64,000 nucleotides of DNA. Origin: Glycera tridactyla (lineage: Eukaryota). A program made the translations under genes and the position numbers. This document shows positions 42,561-52,062 of the stretch, in pieces; the first letter of the stretch is position 1, and each line of letters opens with the position of its first letter. The DNA is taken from the NCBI GenBank assembly GCA_965644265.1, contig OZ286460.1:49104001-49168000 (forward strand), in the 5' to 3' direction. The notes under the pieces were generated by a model, which did no database searches, was not told where the DNA came from, and saw only the letters and a program-made list of their open reading frames with translations.

Positions 42561-44498
42561 AGGGACAAGCATCCTTATTATATGCAGCTTGCACATCTCC
42601 TCTCATAATGAATGACAATCACAACGACCTTGCTCACAGACAGCTGAGAGCCATAATTGACTGCTGGGTGGAAACAAAGTGCATCAAAGGCACTGATATG
42701 ATATGACATATTATATATCAGCTACTCACATGTTCAAGGCTGGTGCGAGCTTTGATTACCATCTTAACGATGAACAAAGGTGGGAATGTGAGCTCAAACA
42801 GGGTAGTATCAAACAACACAAAGTTGCCATCAGACGGCAGGCACACCTCGTAATTATTCCACTGGAAGTGGCCTTACGAACGATGAATGACAAAAAGCAG
42901 AGACTGTCCCCAAACTTAAGGTACTTCGGCTCGCAAAAGCACCTAAAGGTTCGTACTAGTTGATCTCTCAATCATCACAAGAGGCTTCTTGAAGGCTTCC
43001 TGATCTTTGCCTTCCGATGAAGGTCGGATCGATAATTGGGCGTTAAAGAGTCGTGCGCTGCACAAGGTCAGATGTCAAAGGGCCAAGCACTAAGTGCACT
43101 TCGGTACTTGACTTTTTCTAGGAAGTACGTAGGTTATTCAATATTCTCAAGGAGTCCGGGGCTCTATTATTACTTGCTGATTAGCCGCTGATTTGTCCTT
43201 TCGACTGTGTTCATTGGCATGGAACTATGTGCAATACATGCACATGAAATCTCAATATCGAGAAGAAATTCAAGGCCTTATAGACAATTACATTATCTTT
43301 TCTCACGGATTAGCCTGGATGAATGTGACAGTTGCATGGCATGGTAGCTGATAGTTTTGCGAGGGTACGTGTGGACACCAGCTTTTCTCGACTGTGTACA
43401 TTGACATAGAAGCATTTGCAATGCATTCATATGCCATCTCACATAATGGTCGAGTGGGAGTAGGCAAAGGCGTACTGACAAACACTGATTTGCGAGTTGT
43501 ATGGAGGTCTAAATCTGTAGCCGCAGGGTGGTCATAAAACAGCCTGGCATCAGCTAGCTGCTACATTTGCGGGACCCTATGTAACTGGACAGCTGTCTGG
43601 ACTCATTACCTCCAGGCAATTGTGGGTCCGCTGATGCATCATCAAGTGCAGAAAGCACTAACCCTTCTCCTTACCTCCTTCCCCCCTCCCCCCCCCCCCC
43701 CCCAACACACACTAGGATTCACAGGATGGATAACTGTCTGAATTCCGGCAAACTCGCCTGAGTGCCAGTGAAGTTTGCAATGAATCCGCTTCCATTTTCA
43801 GTTATCACATGCGAGGTCATTCGATCGATTGAAGCCTCATCTTCAATAGTCCTGACAAGCGGATTCATGGACTTTTCCTCATGAAAATTTCATTTTGTCC
43901 ATGATTTTTTATTGATAAAAAGCATGTGGCTAGAGGTCATATCAGATGCTTACATTCAATGGAAACAAAAATGCTAGTTATAACAGTACAACGTATACCC
44001 ATGTTCGCAGCCATTTAAGTACTGGTTCACCGAGCGGCCTTTTCATAAACTAAAAGTGAAGACACAGGGATGTGTGGTACAATGTTCTTGAGCAGGGCTA
44101 GAGGGAAGAATTCTCCCTGAATCAAGCCCCAATCCAAGAGTGACCATAGAAGGTACAATATGATAGAGAAATTGATAATCGCTGTAACAACATACAATAG
44201 CTGGCATATTAAGCAGGCAGCATATTAAAACACTAGTTCAAGAAATAGTCAGACAGTATCAAGCCTGAGATTCACATTAATTTCTTATATAGTCATCTAC
44301 ATTCTCATATGATTTGAAGTGTTATTGCTCTGTGGTTGGGTGGTTCAGTAATTACTTCATGTCTCGTCACCATCTGGACTACATTGAGACGCCTATGCTA
44401 TGCTTATGGTCGGGATCATTCATGGCCTATTCTCTCGGGTCCCCTACATGGGGTGAAGATACCTGAAACATTCACTTATTTCACTGTGAATCGGCTGG

Positions 44499-45545
44499 TT
44501 TTTGTGATCTCCGTTGGAGATCATTATGCCGCCACCTCTCTGCTCGAAATGCTTTCTAACTTCGCCGATTCTGACTCCCGAGGCCAATATAATCAAACGA
44601 ATCATGATCGGATCTGTGTAAAAGGATCGAATGATCCAATCTAACACAATTTTAAGATGATTTATTGATCTGATGAACGACAATTTGAGGAAATGTACCT
44701 ATTACATAATACGGAATTCTCTCAACACTCGTTTTTGTGGACGATTACCGAAGCACACAGGTACGACCGCTCAGAGATGTATAACTGTGCACAAATAGTA
44801 AATGCCTGTCAATCAAGCTCTTTGGGAACGCCCACTTCGATGTTGACATGTCTATTTCTTTCGNNNNNNNNNNNNNNNNNNNNNNNNNNNNNNNNNNNNN
44901 NNNNNNNNNNNNNNNNNNNNNNNNNNNNNNNNNNNNNNNNNNNNNNNNNNNNNNNNNNNNNNNNNNNNNNNNNNNNNNNNNNNNNNNNNNNNNNNNNNNN
45001 NNNNNNNNNNNNNNNNNNNNNTGTGTATTAACTGCGCTCAAATAGTGATTGCATGTTTTGGTTGATAAGATAGTTCGAAGGGGAGTGAAGTGGTGCTTCT
45101 TCTTCGCACCTCATTACCTGGTTTCATGGATCACTGCGCCGTTTCATGAATGGAGTTGTAGCTAGCATGTGTGAAACCAGCCATCAGAGATCAGCACTCG
45201 GGCAGAGGCGGATAGCGTGAATGACGGCGATTTGACGAACTTTTTGTGAAAGCTTCAGTTTGTGATTTATCATGGCCATAAGGGTATGAGACAAATCCAC
45301 TGGTGGCTCGCTCATGACTCGCACCAGGAGGGCCACTGCCCCAGATTCCTGGAGGAGGGCTTGTAATTATTCCCCATCCATCGGTCTTTTTCNNNNNNNN
45401 NNNNNNNNNNNNNNNNNNNNNNNNNNNNNNNNNNNNNNNNNNNNNNNNNNNNNNNNNNNNNNNNNNNNNNNNNNNNNNNNNNNNNNNNNNNNNNNNNNNN
45501 NNNNNNNNNNNNNNNNNNNNNNNNNCGCACGTGAGCGCTCTTGTT
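44499..45545 (-). mobile_element. Helentron-like non-autonomous element, copy 2 (two N gaps)
   Basis: Reverse-complement matches to 25340-25480 and 25790-26030, with the same 3' hairpin and 5' AACAAGAGCG. Confidence 0.65.
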
Positions 45546-45885
45546 GAGATCTCCATGCTATCACCATAATGCTCGACCTGCATACTATCTTTGCCAATTC
45601 TGACTATCGAGGCTGATATAATCATATGAATCTTTATCGGAACTGTGTAAAAGGTGCTAATAATCCAATCTGACACAATTTTAAGATGATCTTTTGATCT
45701 GATGAACAGCAATTTGATGAAATGTTGTGATCACGAAATCGGAAATTCTCTCTACACTCGTTTTCGTGGCCGATTACCGCAGCACACAGATCGTGACAGC
45801 ATGGATGAGGATGTACTGTGTGCGAATAGCAAGTGTGTGCGAGGCAGCATATTAATATAGAGATGAATTAAGTCATGGCAAGAGA

Positions 45886-45928
<43 letters not shown>

Positions 45929-46007
45929 CCTCTCTCTCCCTCCCCTTCTCTCTCTCTATCTCTCTCTCTCTCTCTGAGATCCCTCGGCGCACGTGGGCGC
46001 TCTTGTT
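45546..46007 (-). mobile_element. Helentron-like non-autonomous element, copy 3 (shorter, diverged, tandem to copy 2)
   Basis: 5' end AACAAGAGCGCCCACGTGCGCCGAG, a (GA)n/(GACA)n tract, and a diverged 3' body. Confidence 0.6.
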
Positions 46008-46749
46008 AGTTGTGTCACCCCCTGCGGGTGATCCACAATACATGGAGACTGAGTGCTGCCCTGTCTATCCGTGGTTTTATATGACATCGGAGACCTGAGC
46101 ACCCACGCATATATCCAACCTGATCCCAGAAGCCTGTTCCAAAGAGACGCTTGGAGAGACAGGTAGGTATCAACATCCAGGCTACATAAAAAACTTCAAT
46201 TGATTCATTGAGTAATGCCTGATGTCTCTCATACCCAGGCAGGGTTATAAAACACTTCATAAATGGGTTGGTTTTCGAGTATATTACTCAGACGATACTT
46301 GAAAAGTGAAAAAGAAATACTGATGTATTGCATGACCAATGATTTTGGGTAGTTATTTGTTTATTTTCTCCCAAAATTTCGTCGAGACTCGAAAATACTT
46401 TCAGATACCAAGGGACACCATCACCCAATATTGTGTCGAATCCGTATACAGTTTCTTTCTCATTCTTTCTATATTTTTTTTTTGGGGGGGGGTGCCGGAT
46501 AAATCTTTCCACGCTCTCCCAACCTACCGAAACAACTGTATTGCTAATACTTGTTGTGAAGTGTGGATAAAGATTGGAAATCTACTTCTACTTGTCCGTC
46601 AGCCAGGGAGGAGTGTTGCCTTCTATAACAGTCGTCCTAAAACCAGTGATCCCGAAGCAATCCCCTACTATCCGAGCCGAGGATTTTAGTCACATCTATG
46701 GCGATTTGTATGGTGTTTAGTAGTCAGTGAATTCAGTATTCGGTATGAA

Positions 46750-47950
46750 ATGAGAAGGTGTCTTGATGTGATACTGGGTAGGTTGCCAGGGAGTCACCGG
46801 GGGTAGCAGGGATTTGATTAGTTTGGCGCCGATGGTAGAGAAGTGCTCATTCAATATCTCCGGTATTTCTTCAGGATCTGAATAATCATTTATCTTATTT
46901 ATTGATGTATTTGTCTTGTTTCCCTTCCAAAAATGCCTAATTGTCTTCCACGAGGACTTCATGTCGTTTCCTGCGTCTTTCAATTTCTCATCAACGAAGT
47001 TTTTTTGAAGGGAAGTCTTCATTGCGTGAGTCGCTTTTAGTAGGCGTTCCTTCTCAGTTTCATTTTCCAATGTAGAGTTTAATCTAAAGGCATTGCCAGC
47101 ACTTTCTCTATCACGTATATTCCCCTGTGACCCAGTACGGGGCACTTTCGCGGATCGTATATCTACGTAACAGGATGAGTTCATCAACAATTTGGCATAC
47201 AATATCAAAGAGATCTGTGGTACAATTGTCCAAGCTCATGTCATCATTCAACACATTCGACCAATCATTTTCCTTAGGCGGCTATTTATCTCGTCATAAT
47301 TTGCTTTCTTATAGTTTCTCAGGTATAGGTGGGTTTTTTCTTGGACACCCTCGCCTTCTTCCGGGTTGTAAAGATTAAGGCATGGTCGGATAAGCCAAGA
47401 TATAGTTCTGGGAATTAGATATATAAATATGATCGACATTTGTGCTAGTCATTGTTGTTACCCTGGTTGGGACATCTATTAATTGTTTTAGCAAAAATCA
47501 GTTACAGTCTTCTTTTTGGTTCCTGGTTTATCTATGTCAAGATTATCATCTCCTAGAAGGACCATGTCGCCAGGTCCTAAGTTATTGATGTCTAGTAATT
47601 CATTTTCCAGAATCTCAACGGCGCTTGCGGGTGTTCCCGATCGAGGCGATGGATACCACAATCATACATAGGTCGAGTGCGTGGAAGGTGTAGCTTCAGC
47701 CAAATGCATCCAAGGTCATTGATTGTTGCAAGTGATCTATCCTCTCTATAATATCCCCGTTCCTATCAAATCAGATGAGCTTATAGCCAGGGATGTGTAA
47801 CTCCGTATCAGATATGGTGGTGTTTAAAAATGTTTCTCCCGAAAATTATATGTTCAACTGGCTTTGTGATGCTTGCATTGCATTCAGAAGACGAAAGTTG
47901 AAAGAACTGAACTTTGATCTACAATTATAGAAACTAGACTACCCATGTTA
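46750..47950 (-). pseudogene. Decayed CR1-group LINE endonuclease/linker fragment (copy 4)
   Basis: ETFLNTTISDTELHIPGY, WLKLHLPRTRP, VLLGDDNLD, and EKLKDAGNDMKSSWKTIRHFW...LNEHFSTIGAKL, with stops and frameshifts. Confidence 0.75.
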
Positions 47951-48243
47951 CCCAACTGCAGTCAGTCCCAGTCAAAATACTTGGTCATATCATATGTCAA
48001 AGGTCTATCTCTATCTTAGAAGATCTTTCCAGATACAGTGGGTTTACGTTCGATCTTTCCTGTGTACTACCTTTCTATTTTTGAATGCCCTATGTTATTT
48101 GGTACATGCCAGATAGCGCCATCTGATACCTTATATGACCTGTACAAGCTGATGTAATATACAAAAATATGTATGATCTATTAAAGTATATGATGTAATT
48201 GAGGGAGATGAGTGTCCTTCATTCATCTTTTACGATACAATAT

Positions 48244-48517
48244 TGAATCCTTTGAATCCTTTGAAAGTGACGAATCAAACAACAATCGCAGCTTCGCAAG
48301 CTCCTTCTCGCATACCGCAGGTGCCTATGACCCTGTAAGCCCTAGGCTTTAGGAGGTGTGCCCAATGGACACATTCAATCTCTGCCGCGGGTGGGGGGGG
48401 GGGCAGTACTCGGTCCGAAATGAAGCAAGGGTTTAAACTCAGTGGACTTAGGCCGGAATTGAACCTGGTTTGCTGACTCACCAGGCAAGCACTCTACCAA
48501 ATGAGCTGCTGCAGCCG
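48244..48517 (-). mobile_element. tRNA-derived SINE
   Basis: Head GCAGCTCATTTGGTAGAG (A box) ... GGTTCAATTCC (B box, 48465-48455); tail (CAAAGGATT)n at ~48244-48263. Confidence 0.6.
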
Positions 48518-48741
48518 TTCGAAAGTGACAAATTCGTCAGCAGGATAGGATGCAAAGCTCGCCGATTCATAACACGCACTATGATATTGTTGCAAACTTC
48601 AATAATTGAAACTTCCTATCGTGTTGACCAAGAAGCCATCACTGAAAACGGAATTGGAGTATCGAAAACGCCTTCTAACTAGTGCTCAGACCTACTCCTA
48701 ATTGAGTGTAGCGAAAACGTAGTCAGCAGTGTGTGCACAAC

Positions 48742-49083
48742 GCCAGGCTGGGTGTAATAAAAACGCTGGCTGGGTGTAATGAAAACGCTGGCTGAGTGTA
48801 ATGAAAATGCTGGCTGGGTGTAATGAAAACGCTGGCTGGGTGTAATGAAAACGCTGGCTGAGTGTAATGAAAACGCTGGCTGAGTGTAATGAAAATGCTG
48901 GCTGGGTGTGATGAAAACGCTGGCTGGGTGTAATGAAAACGCTGGCTGGGTGTAATGAAAACGCTGGCTTAGTGTAATGAAAATGCTGGCTGGGTGTAAT
49001 GAAAACGCTGGCTGGGTGTAATGAAAACGCTGGCTGGGTGTAATGAAAACGCTGGCTGAGTGTAATGAAAATTCTGGCTGGGG
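48742..49083. repeat. 22-bp minisatellite GCTGGCTGGGTGTAATGAAAAC, ~15.5 copies
   Basis: Direct head-to-tail units with no spacers. Confidence 0.95.
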
Positions 49084-49417
49084 CGTTCTGGCAACCCTCT
49101 TACTGGTGGTTCGCGTACACCCCCTGGAGTACAGGTTACCCGCATCTAGCTCAGGGTGGCCTTTATAGAGAGGTGGTCTTTAAAGAGGTGGTCTTTATTT
49201 CTATAAAGGTGGTCTTTAGAGCAGGTTCAACTGTATGAAGTCAAGCAGTTATCTTCTCTATATGTTTGTGGGAAACTATCGAGAAGGGACATGAAAAACA
49301 TAAACAGATAGTTTGTAAGCTTTATTTCCATTAGTTTGACCATTTTCATAGTATAGACAATAAATATTCTTGCCACATGCAATGAACAGATTCATTCAGG
49401 AAATTAGAAAATCTCAC

Positions 49418-49442
49418 TCACACACACAGCCACACACACACG

Positions 49443-49511
<69 letters not shown>

Positions 49512-49521
49512 ACACACACAC
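49418..49521. repeat. (CA)n microsatellite
   Basis: Long cacaca run with a few interruptions. Confidence 0.93.
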
Positions 49522-51205
49522 CTGCCGTGGGTCATACCCTCCCTGATGTCAGGCACTCAGCAACGCATCAACGGCAACATGAGTGGGCACAAACTGATTG
49601 TAACACAAGCAGTTCATACACACCAACTGAAACTAGCCACAACGCTCCGTCGTCTGGTCTACACTACTATAGATAGCCGGGGTGGAACCGAATTGGCAAC
49701 ATCCTGCCGCTGGTATAGTAGAAAACGCCTCAGGCACAGCAGGTAGAAGGTCTACGGAGGTCTTGATTTGCCGGGGTGGAACCGAAATGGCCACATCCTG
49801 CTGCATGTCATACCCTTCCTGATGTCCCACATTCACGTATCATCAATGGCAGCACGAGCGGGCACAAACTGCTTGTAGTACAAGCAGTTCATACACACCT
49901 ACTCCATTTCGCCCACACCCTGCTCGTACAACTCCGGCAAGATGGCGAATTGGCAAATTGGCGAGCGATCTCCTCAGCTGGCTGGTACTAGCCGGGGTGG
50001 AACCGAACTGGCCACATCCTGCTGCTTGTCCAGTCGACGGGACTGTGTACTGCCAACACTGCTGATATCACTTCTCACACGGCAGCTCTTCTTTCTTGAC
50101 TGGAACTAGCCAGAGTGGAACAGAACTGGCCACATCCTGCTGCTATTCCAGTTGGCCGAACTGTATACTGCATCATCCTACGCGCCGGTATGTCTGACTA
50201 CACCTTGCTGCTGCCATCGTGTCGTTCAACTTCACCATCGTCATGTAACTCCAATCCAGCCAAGCTTGGTTTACACGCTAGGTGATATACTACCGAGAGC
50301 CAGTCCATGAACTGAGGACGAATTAATATAGCTACACAAACCATTAACCTGGCTTGTGAACTCATATGAACATGTATGTGATTACTGATCTGGTATCTTG
50401 ATTATCAATTTGCAAATTAATTACTTCTCTATCGCAAGAATGTTAGCTTGATTTCAAGCATAATGTTGGAATGTATTCAGCCTAATGTACATCTGAATTC
50501 TCATTATGACTGCCAGATGACTTCTTAATGTTGGTCTCAAATGATCGGCTGTCTCGTAGCTGGTCGACCTGAGCGCAACCGACTCACATGTGCAATCTAT
50601 TTCACCGCCACCAGTCCACAGAATCACGCAATCTAATGTGAATGACCTCACTCTTTATGTATTCATGTATGCAATCAAGGCTGCCTAGCTCCTTTTCGGG
50701 TAAAATCTCACACAGACAATATTCGAAGTACAGTCCAGTACATACACCAGTTGAANNNNNNNNNNNNNNNNNNNNNNNNNNNNNNNNNNNNNNNNNNNNN
50801 NNNNNNNNNNNNNNNNNNNNNNNNNNNNNNNNNNNNNNNNNNNNNNNNNNNNNNNNNNNNNNNNNNNNNNNNNNNNNNNNNNNNNNNCTGACCCTGATGC
50901 ATGCATATAACATAGACACACATGCACAAACACACTCACATACACACACCTCCGTATACATGCACCCACAGACGCACAACTGCACAACTGTACATTGCTC
51001 AGCGACCATAACCGAACCTACGACATCAGTCAGACCAGCTTTTGGTCAGCCATCGTATCACCCAGAAGGCAGGAGGTGCCTGTTGACCAGACACATATAT
51101 TGTCAAAATCTAGGTATTCCCTCCGCCCAAAAACCAACCAGAGGAAACCACTTGTGTCAAGTGCTAGCATCCCACATCTCCTACTTTTGGAATCATTCTT
51201 GTGTT

Positions 51206-51272
51206 TATATATATATATATATATTTGTAATGACGCGGCAAAGGCGTCCACTCTCGACCTTGGTAAGACTCG

Positions 51273-51318
<46 letters not shown>
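51206..51318. repeat. Two (TA)n tracts separated by a 50-bp insert
   Basis: TA runs at ~51206-51224 and ~51275-51318. Confidence 0.93.
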
Positions 51319-51323
<5 letters not shown>

Positions 51324-51357
51324 TTTACGTGGCAAAGGTCTGCTCTCGACGAAAACT

Positions 51358-51634
51358 GTGCGACCGATTGGCGCGTTCGTTCCGCGCGACGCCTTATAAA
51401 GCCAGTGTCAACGCTCCATGGTAACTAACGGCGGCATCCCGAGTTACGTGACGTCACGGGCTGCATGCTCCAAAAATAAATCCCATCTTATTGATGGGAC
51501 TTTTTAGGTTGCATTCCTGACTGCCAGGCAGGTCAAAAACAGCCCTATCGGATCATTTTTGTGGTCCAATCAGACCAGAAAAATAGGTCCAGCCATGATT
51601 ATCGGTTTCGGGAGCATTGTCCCTCTTCAGGCAC
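51358..51634 (-). ncRNA. Type I hammerhead ribozyme with a 232-nt insertion in stem III (unit A)
   Basis: GUGC-CUGAAGA-GGGA[CAAUGC]UCCC-GAA-ACCGAU ... AUCGGU-C^GCAC; predicted cleavage between 51362 and 51361. Confidence 0.8.
51369..51458 (-). promoter_or_regulatory. Putative Pol II promoter inside the ribozyme loop
   Basis: Palindrome CGTGACGTCACG (CRE core) at 51447-51458; TATAAG starting at 51398; CCA(+1)ATC Inr-like motif with A at 51369, 29 nt downstream. Confidence 0.5.
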
Positions 51635-52062
51635 TCTTGATTTCTATATCGGTCATTGTCTACCAACAGTGCTCCATTGGGGCACAGAGAAATCCAGTGT
51701 GAACTGTATCTCCCTTATAGGCTTTTCCTATTTCAGTTGTTGGTTTCATGAGCCATATATGGCCCTGGTAATCCATGGGATTCTCCTTGGATTACTTATT
51801 ATCCCTATATTTATTAAGGGTTTACCCGTTGGGTCTTCGATCCCACCACGGTGTGGCAGGTAATGTCGGTCCCCTATTCGGGGTCCTAGGACACTGTGCA
51901 AGGCGCTGGGGTCACGGCTACCCCGTTAGGAATCAAAGTCATGAGTTATTAATAAAGAATGTGGATACGTGGCTATTCATGACTATGGTTCCCCAATTGT
52001 GGGATATTAGGTCATATCCCCGAGCCTAATTGTAGTTAAGCCCTCCCCGACTTGGGCAGTAT

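Noticed and set aside
41975-42618. His/Thr-rich and Val/Met-rich ORFs as host genes
   Set aside because: These are translations of a degenerate trinucleotide tract, open in several frames on both strands.
48742-49083. CRISPR-like array
   Set aside because: Head-to-tail units have no unique spacers, there are no cas genes, and the context is eukaryotic.
51055-51095. Second hammerhead in the PLE flank (cccagaaggcaggaggtgcctgttgacc)
   Set aside because: There is a hairpin, but both conserved boxes (CUGANGA, GAAA) are missing.
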